From Candidatus Gastranaerophilales bacterium (lineage in GTDB: Bacteria; Cyanobacteriota; Vampirovibrionia; Gastranaerophilales; Gastranaerophilaceae): DNA of 64,000 nt. The stretch spans positions 1,231 through 65,230 of the forward strand of contig CALVEJ010000102.1 in the NCBI GenBank assembly GCA_944326535.1, given 5' to 3'. Position numbers and translations under genes: made by a program. The notes beneath the pieces were generated by a model. That model made no database searches. It worked only from the letters and a program-made list of their open reading frames with translations, and was not told where the DNA came from. This document shows, in pieces, positions 51,374 to 59,864 of the stretch (within the stretch, counting starts at the first letter, position 1; every line of letters starts with the position of its first letter).

Positions 51374-53581
51374 ATGGTCGACGTTAAACAAGTTCTTAGG
51401 AACATTGAAAGTTCTGTTCCTAAAATGATTGATACTGTTTTTAAGTATCATCCGGAACTTAACGATATGAAAGATCTGTATGAATTGCAGACCTTTGCCG
51501 AAAAGACCTTCTATAGTAAGGATATGAACCAAATGGTTCAAGACTTTATCTTTCCGGAAGAATCTCGGAAGGATGATGCAGTGTTCTGTGAAGAACAAGG
51601 GCTGGATGCTTCTCTTGTCTTCGAGGTGCTTGCTCATTTGAGTATTCATAAGCGTGTCTTTATTGAAGACATGCTTAATCATTTTCGCTCTCGCTTTGAA
51701 AGCGAAGATGAATGCATCAAGTTCTTTGATGCATTGGTGGAGATGAATATTCTCCACCTTAAATATGGCAAATTTGTCATACAGGATGCGTTCTGTATGA
51801 CGGAAGATCAAGAAGACCTTCTTGACTTCTGTACGAGCAGTCCAGTCATGCTTGTGAAGCCTAAGAAGATTAGTATTAATTCTAAGGGTCAATACCGAAA
51901 TGGCTATTTGACTCTTAATAGGGGAATCTTTTCAAAGAAGGCCACTCCTCATCTTGAGGTTCCGGTGGACTTCTTGAATAAACAGAATAGTATGCCGTAT
52001 TGGCTTAACTATTCCGTATGGGATAACTATATTAAATATCATCCCGAAATTCCTTCAAGGAAGGCTGAGGATGATGATAAAACTTATGACGGAAAAGTGC
52101 TGGATGCCCTTACTCGTCATATGAAGAAGTGGCTTTTTATTGAGTTCTATCGGAGATTTGGGGTAGAGAAGGTCTATCTCATGAACATGTATTGTTATAG
52201 AGGGAGAAACTATCCTATTGCCTACGTGATTAATTCACAAGGGCAAGATTCAGATAAAGCACTTCTTTCTTTTGAGCCTAAGCCTATTACTGAGAAAGGT
52301 ATGAAATGGCTTACCATTAGTATTGCTAACTGCTTCAATGCCAAGATTGATGGCGTTGATGCAGATAAATGTACCTTTGATAAACGAGAATCATGGTTCT
52401 ATGAAGTAATTCAGCCGAAGATGGGACTTCCGAAAGAAGAGTTCATTGAATGGCTGAACAAAGCAGCAGAAGAAGCAGAATCTCCTGCCTGCTTCTGGGC
52501 TCAGACTCACAATATGTGGCATATTCAAAAGAATATGCGAGAGAACCAAGAAGCATTGGTTTGGTGCATCACTCACTTTGATGCAACATCTTCTGGGTAT
52601 CAAATTCAAGCAATCTTTGCTAAGGATTGGCAAATTGCTGAGTTGACTAATCTTATTAATCCAAAGTCTCGCAAGGATTTGTACTCAGTTCTTTATGATG
52701 AGTTGATTGCTCAAGGGATTCCGGATACTTATACCCGGAACGAGGTAAAGAAGGAAGGATTTATTCCTGCTATTTACAATAGCATTAATTCTATCAAAGA
52801 TCTGTTTCCTGATGAGAAACATCAAGAGATCTTCTATGAAGTAATGAACCAATTCTCCATGTGGAGAATGAATCGTATGTTTCCGTTCTTGTGGAATAGG
52901 AATTATACGGAATATTCTTTCTGGTATCCGGATGGATTTAAGGTTTATCACGAAGTTACTAACATTGAAGAACAACCTGGTGTATTCCAGGGTGAGGAGT
53001 TTCTGTTTCATTATAGAGTAGTGTCTCCTAGGAAGCGCTCTTGTGAACTTGGTCCCAACGTTACTCATGGTTGGGATGGTTACATTGCTCGGGAACTTTC
53101 TCGTGCAATGACGTTTGGAACCAAGCATAAGAATTGGTTGCTCAAGCTTCGGCAGAATAAAGATGTTTGGGCTATTAACAATCAGTACGTTTGGTCTAAG
53201 GATGATCTGAAGAGTCGGGAGGAGATGAGGAATATTCTTGCTCTTGGTGATAGGTTCCGTATGTACTCTCTTCGTATTCTTATGGAAGTTAAGACTACGA
53301 ATATTGACATCATCCCGGATGAAATCTTTGACGATCTCTTTCAGAGTCTTCCTGATGATTTTTCTTGGATTTCGGAAATTCATGATTCCTTTGGAGTTTG
53401 TCCGAACCAAGCAGAAGAACTCATGGAACAGTACCGACTGAATCTGTATCGTCTTGCCAAGTCCAAGGCTTTGCCTTGCGTCTTGGAAGACTATCTTGGA
53501 TATTATCCCGATCAGTTTGATTATGGTCGGGATGATGAGTTCGCAGAAGCCATTAAGAATAGCGTTTATGCTCTTTGTTAA
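51374..53581 (+). CDS. T7-like single-subunit RNA polymerase (N4 RNAPII equivalent, single polypeptide)
   Basis: Motif A HFDATSSGYQIQ, motif B-like RNEVKKEGFIPAIYNS and motif C EIHDSFGV. The ATG at 51374 has an AAGGGAG SD. Confidence 0.85.
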   Translation: MVDVKQVLRNIESSVPKMIDTVFKYHPELNDMKDLYELQTFAEKTFYSKDMNQMVQDFIFPEESRKDDAVFCEEQGLDASLVFEVLAHLSIHKRVFIEDMLNHFRSRFESEDECIKFFDALVEMNILHLKYGKFVIQDAFCMTEDQEDLLDFCTSSPVMLVKPKKISINSKGQYRNGYLTLNRGIFSKKATPHLEVPVDFLNKQNSMPYWLNYSVWDNYIKYHPEIPSRKAEDDDKTYDGKVLDALTRHMKKWLFIEFYRRFGVEKVYLMNMYCYRGRNYPIAYVINSQGQDSDKALLSFEPKPITEKGMKWLTISIANCFNAKIDGVDADKCTFDKRESWFYEVIQPKMGLPKEEFIEWLNKAAEEAESPACFWAQTHNMWHIQKNMRENQEALVWCITHFDATSSGYQIQAIFAKDWQIAELTNLINPKSRKDLYSVLYDELIAQGIPDTYTRNEVKKEGFIPAIYNSINSIKDLFPDEKHQEIFYEVMNQFSMWRMNRMFPFLWNRNYTEYSFWYPDGFKVYHEVTNIEEQPGVFQGEEFLFHYRVVSPRKRSCELGPNVTHGWDGYIARELSRAMTFGTKHKNWLLKLRQNKDVWAINNQYVWSKDDLKSREEMRNILALGDRFRMYSLRILMEVKTTNIDIIPDEIFDDLFQSLPDDFSWISEIHDSFGVCPNQAEELMEQYRLNLYRLAKSKALPCVLEDYLGYYPDQFDYGRDDEFAEAIKNSVYALC

Positions 53582-53587
53582 TTAAGA

Positions 53588-53620
53588 AAGAGGGAGGCTT
53601 TAACCTCCCTCTTTTTTTTT
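53588..53620 (+). terminator. Intrinsic terminator
   Basis: AAGAGGGAGG..CCTCCCTCTT, then T8. Confidence 0.85.
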
Positions 53621-53743
53621 AACAGCTATTTAAGCCTAATAGGAGCGTTTATATCTTATTTAAGAGATCCGGTGTCCTTATTAACCATATCTAACGGGAT
53701 CTAACTCTCTAGGCGAAACTTAATAACCATAAAGAACGTTATC

Positions 53744-53799
53744 TAACGTTCTGGGTGAAAGGAAAGAACGATAAACAACAATGTTTAACGTTCTGGGTG
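53744..53799 (+). repeat. Direct repeat TAACGTTCTGGGTG x2 (42-bp period) in a 213-bp intergenic region
   Basis: Copies at 53744-53757 and 53786-53799. Related AGAACGTT and AGAACGAT half-sites lie nearby. Confidence 0.8.
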
Positions 53800-53833
53800 G
53801 AATAATCACAGCCATATTTAAGGGAGATATACC

Positions 53834-54208
53834 ATGGCAACCGTTACTAACACCATTCGTGGACAGGCTCAATCCTTGAACAGCAACCAGAAGCCGAAGA
53901 GCGAATACATGCTCCTTATTGGGACGAAGGTGCTCAATGAAGCGACCGATGAATACGAGTTCATCAGTCTTCCGCAACCGGTAGGCATCGATACGATGCA
54001 GGCCGCAAACGTTTCCGGTGAAGGCGATTTCCAGGAATTGTTGTGCAAGCGTAACGATCTCTTGGAACAGCTCTTGGCTTTCGCCAAAGAAGAGCTGAAT
54101 CCGGGCGATGAGCGAGAGCTGGAACTTACGGTAAAGATCTACCGTAGGAAGGCTTCTCAGGCGGTTAAGCATACCAAGGTCACGTTTAACTTTGTTAAGG
54201 AGAAGTGA
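53834..54208 (+). CDS. Hypothetical protein (looks GC-richer than its surroundings by eye)
   Basis: ORF track entry with an AAGGGAG SD. The antisense 150-aa ORF was rejected. Confidence 0.65.
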   Translation: MATVTNTIRGQAQSLNSNQKPKSEYMLLIGTKVLNEATDEYEFISLPQPVGIDTMQAANVSGEGDFQELLCKRNDLLEQLLAFAKEELNPGDERELELTVKIYRRKASQAVKHTKVTFNFVKEK

Positions 54209-54210
54209 TC

Positions 54211-54294
54211 ATGTACGAATCGTCATACGATGATATCGAATGGTCGATGAAGCACACCGATCCGTATGAGACCGGAGACGGTCACGACGATTAA
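54211..54294 (+). CDS. 27-aa acidic peptide (below the ORF-track cutoff)
   Basis: Hand translation gives MYESSYDDIEWSMKHTDPYETGDGHDD. AAGGAG lies 8 nt upstream and a terminator follows directly. Confidence 0.4.
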   Translation: MYESSYDDIEWSMKHTDPYETGDGHDD

Positions 54295-54297
54295 GGA

Positions 54298-54328
54298 AAG
54301 AGGGGCGAAAGCCCCTCTTCTTTTTCTT
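54298..54328 (+). terminator. Intrinsic terminator
   Basis: AAGAGGGGC-GAAA-GCCCCTCTT, then CTTTTTCTT. Confidence 0.85.
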
Positions 54329-54363
54329 CCCGATAGTCCGATAGTCCTTAAAGAGGAACCAAG

Positions 54364-54780
54364 ATGTATCAACTTAAGAACAAGGAACTTCAAGCAAAAC
54401 TGGAAGATCTTACCGGAGGTAAGTTCGTTGATGCTCTAAACAGGTGGATTGAATACTACAAAAATCAGGGTCTAGAAGGAATTCAAGTTAATTTCAGTGA
54501 TAAATGGAATAACTTTAATCGGTTTACTTTATATCTCGATGATGATGATATTGAATTTCCTTATAATCCTAAAGCTTGGAATAACTTTCCAGAAGTGATT
54601 CCTCCTCAAGGTGTCATGATGAGAGTTGAACTCTCTTGTAATGACATTGGGGATAGGTTGTATGGAGCTTATTGGAATCCTGAAGCAAACAGTTGGGTGT
54701 TTGCTGATGGAGAATGTATGTCTGAATACGAAAACAAGTGTGTAACTCGTTATCGTCCTTGGGATGAGGAGAACGAATGA
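54364..54780 (+). CDS. DUF551-like protein
   Basis: WNNFPEVIPPQGVMMRVEL and RYRPWDEE blocks are shared with 3368-3643. Confidence 0.65.
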   Translation: MYQLKNKELQAKLEDLTGGKFVDALNRWIEYYKNQGLEGIQVNFSDKWNNFNRFTLYLDDDDIEFPYNPKAWNNFPEVIPPQGVMMRVELSCNDIGDRLYGAYWNPEANSWVFADGECMSEYENKCVTRYRPWDEENE

Positions 54781-55001
54781 AATACCGACTCAAAGACCGC
54801 GACCTGCAAAGGAAGCTCGACGAAATCAGCAATGGAAGCCTTACAAGGATGCTTGAGAGCGGAATCGTAGATGTGTCGTCATTCGACAAACATCAACTTT
54901 TCCCTCTTTTCTTCGGCGAGTTCTTTGTTCTGGATGACAGAGTTTGCCCGCAGTTTCGCGTGTACGTTTATGTAAACGATCTGGAAGAGGTGAAGGAATG
55001 A
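54777..55001 (+). CDS. Hypothetical protein
   Basis: ORF track entry with overlapping start and stop. Confidence 0.55.
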   Translation: MKYRLKDRDLQRKLDEISNGSLTRMLESGIVDVSSFDKHQLFPLFFGEFFVLDDRVCPQFRVYVYVNDLEEVKE

Positions 55002-55225
55002 AATTCCCAGAACGCTGGCACAAGTGGCCTGAAGAAACTCCACCAGAAGATGAGCCCTTGCAAGTCGAGGTGTGGAACTCCTTTCTTGAGAAATACGAAC
55101 TGGCTGTAGCCGTCTTCCGAGAAGATAGCTTCTTCCACTACGATTCTTACGAATCTTCACAGTATCTTTTCAACCACGTTCTAGAAGAGGTCTTCTGGCG
55201 ATTGTGGGAGGAAGAAAATGAATAA
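54998..55225 (+). CDS. DUF551-like small protein
   Basis: Trimmed to MKFPERWHKWPEETPPEDEPLQVEVW. ATGA overlap with the upstream ORF. Confidence 0.55.
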   Translation: MKFPERWHKWPEETPPEDEPLQVEVWNSFLEKYELAVAVFREDSFFHYDSYESSQYLFNHVLEEVFWRLWEEENE

Positions 55226-55421
55226 GTCAGAAATTTATTCGAATATTTCTTTATATATAAACAATATCCGACAGTCTCTAAATGTTCTTCAAAAAGCCAT
55301 GGATGAAGATATGCCTGCTACCGTACAAGACTTTGCTGATGAAGTAGAGTTTGATGCTGAAAACATAAGCTCTCTTGCTTCATTACTGGATACGGATGAT
55401 GAAGAGGATGAAGATGATTGA
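55218..55421 (+). CDS. Hypothetical acidic protein
   Basis: ORF track entry. It ends DTDDEEDEDD. Confidence 0.55.
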   Translation: MNKSEIYSNISLYINNIRQSLNVLQKAMDEDMPATVQDFADEVEFDAENISSLASLLDTDDEEDEDD

Positions 55422-55644
55422 TCAAGAAACCTTTGATCGTTTTCGAAGAGATGTAAAGGATCTTATTAAGAATTTAGAACTTCTTAATATTGACTTAGAG
55501 TACAAAGACATTGATGAAGCACATTGGTGGGTAGGTGTTATAAAAGAACAGACTGACAATCTTGCTTCTAATATTGAATCTGTAAAGAAGATGGAAGATC
55601 GACGTGCTAAGAAAGGAAATAAAAATGTTTCAGATGATCACTAA
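55414..55644 (+). CDS. Hypothetical protein
   Basis: Trimmed to MIDQETFDRF, overlapping the upstream stop. Confidence 0.55.
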   Translation: MIDQETFDRFRRDVKDLIKNLELLNIDLEYKDIDEAHWWVGVIKEQTDNLASNIESVKKMEDRRAKKGNKNVSDDH

Positions 55645-55903
55645 GATGGGATCTGCTGTTGGTTCAGTAGGTACGGTAGTAGCCGATACTCTTGAAGGAA
55701 CCATTGAACTTGGATCCAAGGCTAAGAATGCTATTGAAGGGGAAATCTCTTCTCTTCAGTATGAACGTGATATGGAGAATGCTGTAAACCGTATCCTCAT
55801 CAAAGCTGAACATATTAAACAGATTATGAAGGCTCTCAATATCAGTTCTGTTGAGGCTGAAGAACTTCTTCTTAAGGAAATGAACCATGGAAAAAATCAT
55901 TAA
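55625..55903 (+). CDS. Hypothetical protein
   Basis: Trimmed to MFQMITK, with AAGGAA upstream. Confidence 0.5.
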   Translation: MFQMITKMGSAVGSVGTVVADTLEGTIELGSKAKNAIEGEISSLQYERDMENAVNRILIKAEHIKQIMKALNISSVEAEELLLKEMNHGKNH

Positions 55904-56267
55904 TCTTACTCTCCATCCGGCTACTGAAGATCAGATTAAGGAAGGCGTAGAAAACTATAAGGATATGGAAGTTCTGAAGAAGGTTCTCACCTTCATTGAT
56001 ATTCCGGACTGTAAGTATCTCAAGTATGTTGCAGATCGTCTTACCAACATTGCCAAGCTTGGTGGTTATAAGAAGGCAATGATTGGCGGTGCAGTGTTCT
56101 TTATGCCGGTGCTTGAAAAGGCTCTTCTTCGTGAAGGCATTACGGTTTGTTATGCTTTCTCCAAGCGTGTTTGTGAAGAAACGCCTCTTCCTGATGGTTC
56201 CGTGGAAAAGAAGTACATCTTCAAACATCTCGGATTTTATGAGGTGAAACCTCATGAACATTGTTAA
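55887..56267 (+). CDS. Hypothetical protein (NLTLHPATEDQ..GV N-terminal motif)
   Basis: ORF track entry. I could not place it in a named family. Confidence 0.6.
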   Translation: MEKIINLTLHPATEDQIKEGVENYKDMEVLKKVLTFIDIPDCKYLKYVADRLTNIAKLGGYKKAMIGGAVFFMPVLEKALLREGITVCYAFSKRVCEETPLPDGSVEKKYIFKHLGFYEVKPHEHC

Positions 56268-56460
56268 CGAACATCAGATAGTCTCTGAACCAGAAGAAGA
56301 GGAAGGCGATTCCTATGAAGAAATGCTTTCCTTGGCTTGGAAATACCTCTCTGAAGATGAAGCTATACGACTCTTTGGAGAGGATGTTATTCCTGTCGAT
56401 ATTTATACTGAAGTACACCCTGTACAAGAGAAAAGAGAAGAAGAGGAGATCCCGTTCTAA
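56254..56460 (+). CDS. Hypothetical acidic protein
   Basis: ORF track entry. Confidence 0.55.
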   Translation: MNIVNEHQIVSEPEEEEGDSYEEMLSLAWKYLSEDEAIRLFGEDVIPVDIYTEVHPVQEKREEEEIPF

Positions 56461-56663
56461 TGGATGAAGCAGATCGAGCACAGATGGATATGGAACAGTA
56501 TTCCTCTGTTCGAAAACAACAAGAAGAGTCTCCAAAGAGTACCGGCTATTGTCTGTACTGTGGTGAGAAACTTAAAAATAAGAACCAACGATGGTGCGAC
56601 AAGGATTGTCGCGATGATTGGGAACGAGAATGGAAATTAAGAAAGAAGATGTCAGGGCAATAA
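56460..56663 (+). CDS. TraR/DksA-family C4 zinc-finger protein
   Basis: MDEADRAQ..E N-terminus and CLYCGEKL..RWCDKDCRD have the typical phage TraR layout. Confidence 0.7.
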   Translation: MDEADRAQMDMEQYSSVRKQQEESPKSTGYCLYCGEKLKNKNQRWCDKDCRDDWEREWKLRKKMSGQ

Positions 56664-56824
56664 GAGCTGGATACTATACGATTACCTATAGTCCTGCAAA
56701 GGATAACGATAGTCATCCATGCATCAAGATTGAAAGTCAATGCAAATGGAACTGGCTGACGGTAAACGAAGTCCGATCTCTCATTGAAACCCTAAAGAGG
56801 GTTGAAGAAACCTGCAAAGAATGA
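56630..56824 (+). CDS. Hypothetical protein
   Basis: ORF track entry trimmed to MEIKKEDV. The start is uncertain. Confidence 0.45.
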   Translation: MEIKKEDVRAIRAGYYTITYSPAKDNDSHPCIKIESQCKWNWLTVNEVRSLIETLKRVEETCKE

Positions 56825-56827
56825 TTC

Positions 56828-56856
56828 AGAGCGCTCTTTGAGCGCTCTTTCTTTTT
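56828..56856 (+). terminator. Intrinsic terminator
   Basis: AGAGCGCT..AGCGCTCT, then TTCTTTTT. Confidence 0.8.
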
Positions 56857-56869
56857 ATAGGAGTCAAGA

Positions 56870-57061
56870 ATGAATTTGACTGAACTTAGTCCTTCTACGG
56901 TTAAGAAGGCGGTAGAGCTGTGCATGAGGGCACGAGTAGTCCCTTTCATTGTTGGCTCTCCCGGATGTGGCAAGTCTCAGATTGTCAAGGAGATTGCTGA
57001 TGAGTACGGATTGAAGATGATCGACTGTCGTCTCTCCACCATGGAACCAACCGACCTTAAT
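56870..57061 (+). CDS. MoxR-type AAA+ ATPase, exon 1
   Basis: Walker A VGSPGCGKS. The reading frame ends ..EPTDLN at the intron boundary (uncertain by up to 3 nt). Confidence 0.8.
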
Positions 57062-57919
57062 TAAGTAGGGCCTTATAAGAGTAATCTTATATTGAAAGTT
57101 ACCTAAACGGGGAAACTCTCTTTTGTAGTTTAAGTAAACCGACTATATAATAGGTTTACTTAAACTAATTTATAGGAGACAATCCCGTGCTAAATACTGA
57201 AATTTGGAAACCAATTAAAGATTTTCCATACGAAGTTTCAAACTTAGGTCATGTAAGAAGATTGGGTAAAACCAATTACTTACATGTATCTACACAAGGG
57301 AATGGAAAATATTTAATCACAAACCTATGGAAAAATAATCGTAACCATACGAAGAACATTCATAGGTTAGTAGCAGAAGCTTTTATACCAAATCCATTAA
57401 ACAAACCACAAGTAAATCATAAGGATAAAAACCCTTTCAATAATTGTGTTGACAATCTTGAATGGGTTACATGTAGCGAAAATCATCGTCATGCCTTCCA
57501 ACATGGAAGAATTCCTCCAAATAGTTTTGAAGGTAAAAAGATGAAAGGAGCTACATCAAACTATCATTATGTTTTATGGGACAAGTCCAAACAAAAATGG
57601 ATGGTGTCTATGAAGTGGAAAAGAAAGAACTACTATGTAGGTAGATTTGCTGATGAAGTAGAAGCCGCTAAAGCGGCGGATGCTTTCATTAAAGAAAAAG
57701 GCTGGGATAAAAAGCTTAACTTCAGTTAAATGCCTAACGACTATCGAACAGACGTAGAAATACGGAACTTAGTAGAGTAGAACACAAGCTTATGGTGTTC
57801 GAAATGGTAACCCTCCTCATGAAATATGAGGAGGTTGATATAGTCTGAACTTTATAGTGATATAAAGCTGTGTTAACTCACGCGGAAGATCTTGCGAATC
57901 TTCCGGAACATTTTGTACC
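57062..57919 (+). mobile_element. Group I intron (T4 td-like, IA2-type) carrying a homing-endonuclease ORF
   Basis: Core strings TAAGTAGGGCCTTATAAG.., CTAAACGGGGAA..CTCT, GACAATCCCGTGCTAAAT, AAATGCCTAACGACTATC and GATATAGTCTGA closely match the td intron core as I remember it. The intron splits a Walker A exon from a Walker B exon. The exact splice sites are ambiguous by up to 3 nt. Confidence 0.85.
57187..57729 (+). CDS. HNH homing endonuclease with NUMOD4 and AP2 DNA-binding domains (intron-encoded)
   Basis: [21 protein letters not shown] (NUMOD4), [34 protein letters not shown] (HNH_3) and [33 protein letters not shown] (AP2). It has a GTG start with a TAGGAG SD. Confidence 0.9.
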   Translation: MLNTEIWKPIKDFPYEVSNLGHVRRLGKTNYLHVSTQGNGKYLITNLWKNNRNHTKNIHRLVAEAFIPNPLNKPQVNHKDKNPFNNCVDNLEWVTCSENHRHAFQHGRIPPNSFEGKKMKGATSNYHYVLWDKSKQKWMVSMKWKRKNYYVGRFADEVEAAKAADAFIKEKGWDKKLNFS

Positions 57920-58759
57920 GGGCTTCCTTGGATCCAGGATGGTAAGGCTCAATTCAATCCTTATGAGTTCTTCCCCTTGGAAGACACTCCTATCCCCAAG
58001 GGATATCAAGGCTGGTGTCTCTTCTTGGATGAGTTCAATTCAGCTTCCCGAGCCACTCAAGCTGCTGCGTACCGCGTAGTGCTGGATCGGGAGGTAGGAC
58101 AACATAAGCTGCATAGTCATTGCTTTGTCATTGCCGCAGGCAACAAGCTTACGGACAATGCCATTGTCAATCGACTGTCTACGGCAATGATTTCTCGTGT
58201 GGTTCATCTTCCAATGATTGCCGACTTCAATGATTGGTTGTTGAACTTTGCGATTCCTCACAAGATTGATGAACGAATCATTGCTTATCTCTCCATGTAT
58301 CCGGACAAGCTCATGCAGTTTGATCCGGAACGAGAAGATGAAGTCTTCTGTAGTCCCCGCACTTGGGAGTTTGCTTCGAAGTTGATTCGAGCCAATGAAG
58401 GAAAGCTCGGTAAGGGCCTTATCCCTGTATTGAGCGGATGCATCACCTTTGAAGAAGCGACTTCCTTTGTGCAGTTCTCTGAGGTCTACAAGGATCTCAT
58501 CACTGTGGACATGCTTCAGAAGAATCCTGACATGGAGCCTCCGAAGGATCATGCCACTCTCTGGGCTACCGTCATTCATCTCATTAATGCAACCACGAAG
58601 GACAACTTCAAGGATCTGGTTGTCTTCCTTCGAAAGATTCCTTCCACCTTCCAAATTGTCTATCTCCGCTCTTTGAAGAGTCTCCATCGAGATCTTCTGG
58701 ATGAACCTGAGTTTGTCAAGTTTGTCGAAGAGATCGGAGACTTCTGCTTCGGAGAATGA
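57920..58759 (+). CDS. MoxR-type AAA+ ATPase, exon 2
   Basis: The frame is open from 57866. It reads ..GLPWIQDGKAQF.., Walker B CLFLDEFN and sensor-1 VIAAGN. Confidence 0.8.
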   Translation, partial: GLPWIQDGKAQFNPYEFFPLEDTPIPKGYQGWCLFLDEFNSASRATQAAAYRVVLDREVGQHKLHSHCFVIAAGNKLTDNAIVNRLSTAMISRVVHLPMIADFNDWLLNFAIPHKIDERIIAYLSMYPDKLMQFDPEREDEVFCSPRTWEFASKLIRANEGKLGKGLIPVLSGCITFEEATSFVQFSEVYKDLITVDMLQKNPDMEPPKDHATLWATVIHLINATTKDNFKDLVVFLRKIPSTFQIVYLRSLKSLHRDLLDEPEFVKFVEEIGDFCFGE

Positions 58760-58760
58760 T

Positions 58761-59864
58761 ATGGATCGAGATCGGTTACTGGAAAAGGTTAAAGCCAAGA
58801 CCTTCATTGGAAAGAATGCTGCTTTCCTTGGTTGTCTTCTCTGTAATCTCAACTTCAAGTGGTCTGAAGAACTGGAAACGGCAGGTGTCAGTAAAAAGGA
58901 TTTTCTTTGGAATCCCAAATTCTTCGATAGTCTGATTGACAGTGAACGGGAGTTTGTTCTTCTTCACGAACTCTGGCACATTGCTTTGCTTCATCTGCCC
59001 CGTATGGGTAACCGAGACATCGAACTCTGGAACATTGCTACGGATATTCGTATCAACAATGATTTGATTCGAGAAGGCTATCACATACCTGAAGGAGGTC
59101 TTTCTAATGACCAGTATCAGAATGATGAATGGACGGAAGAAAAGATCTATGAAGATCTTCTGCGAAAAGCTGACGAATACTCTACGCAGACTTGGGGTTC
59201 TAAGCTGGATCCTTCTAAGGATAACCTGGATCCGCTGGATCAAGTAGCCATAGTTCAACAAGCAGTTACCGCATCCAAGCTTTCATCCAAGGATGCAGGT
59301 AAAGGTACCGGCAAAGTTGAAAACCTCCTCAAAGAGTTTCTTAAACCTAAGCTCTCTTGGCGACATCTATTACATAAGTTCTTCTTCGAAAAGATGGAGC
59401 CGGAGTGGTCTTGGAACAAACCCAATCGAAGATTCAGAGAAGTGTATCTCCCTTCGCTTCTTGCTGATGAGAATCGCCTTACGTCGATTGCTATGTTCCT
59501 GGATACTTCCGGTTCCATCTCCCCCGAAGAGATTCAAAGATTCATTTCTGAAGTAAAGTTTGTTAAACACAATCTCAACCCAAAAAAGCTGAGTATTATT
59601 CAGTTTGATTGGTGTATTCAGAAAATTGACGAATACGGAGAGAATGACAAGCTGAAAGAGTTTAAGATTCGAGGTTATGGCGGAACTTCTTATTCAGAAG
59701 TTCAGGAATATATTGTTAAACATAAACCTACCCTATCCATTATCTTCACCGACCTTCATGCTGATCCAATGGATCCAGTAGGAAAGAATGAAGTGATCTG
59801 GGTAGTTTCAAACAATCCCAAAGCTACCGTACCTTTTGGAGAAGTTGTACATGTATCTGATTGA
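58761..59864 (+). CDS. VWA-domain protein with an N-terminal putative metallopeptidase domain (DUF2201-like), partner of the AAA+ ATPase
   Basis: HExxH (LLHELWHIALLH) and MIDAS-like FLDTSGSIS. Trimmed to the Met at 58761, just after the ATPase stop. Confidence 0.75.
   Translation: MDRDRLLEKVKAKTFIGKNAAFLGCLLCNLNFKWSEELETAGVSKKDFLWNPKFFDSLIDSEREFVLLHELWHIALLHLPRMGNRDIELWNIATDIRINNDLIREGYHIPEGGLSNDQYQNDEWTEEKIYEDLLRKADEYSTQTWGSKLDPSKDNLDPLDQVAIVQQAVTASKLSSKDAGKGTGKVENLLKEFLKPKLSWRHLLHKFFFEKMEPEWSWNKPNRRFREVYLPSLLADENRLTSIAMFLDTSGSISPEEIQRFISEVKFVKHNLNPKKLSIIQFDWCIQKIDEYGENDKLKEFKIRGYGGTSYSEVQEYIVKHKPTLSIIFTDLHADPMDPVGKNEVIWVVSNNPKATVPFGEVVHVSD

Noticed and set aside
51329-53410. Minus-strand ORFs of 187, 80 and 241 aa inside the RNAP gene. 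Similar cases are 53720-54172, 58040-58918 and 61065-61841 inside other plus-strand genes.
   Set aside because: They are antisense to ORFs with clear catalytic motifs, lack SDs and give low-complexity off-frame products.
49171-56856. Idea that the many early-region hairpins are N4-type vRNAP promoter hairpins.
   Set aside because: Their stems are 8-12 bp with GNRA- or UUCG-like tetraloops and are followed by T-runs. They are therefore ordinary intrinsic terminators, not 5-7 bp / 3-nt-loop promoter hairpins.
57870-58079. 69-aa plus-strand ORF at the 3' end of the intron.
   Set aside because: It is in the wrong frame relative to the Walker B exon and arises from the intron 3' region plus an exon 2 off-frame.
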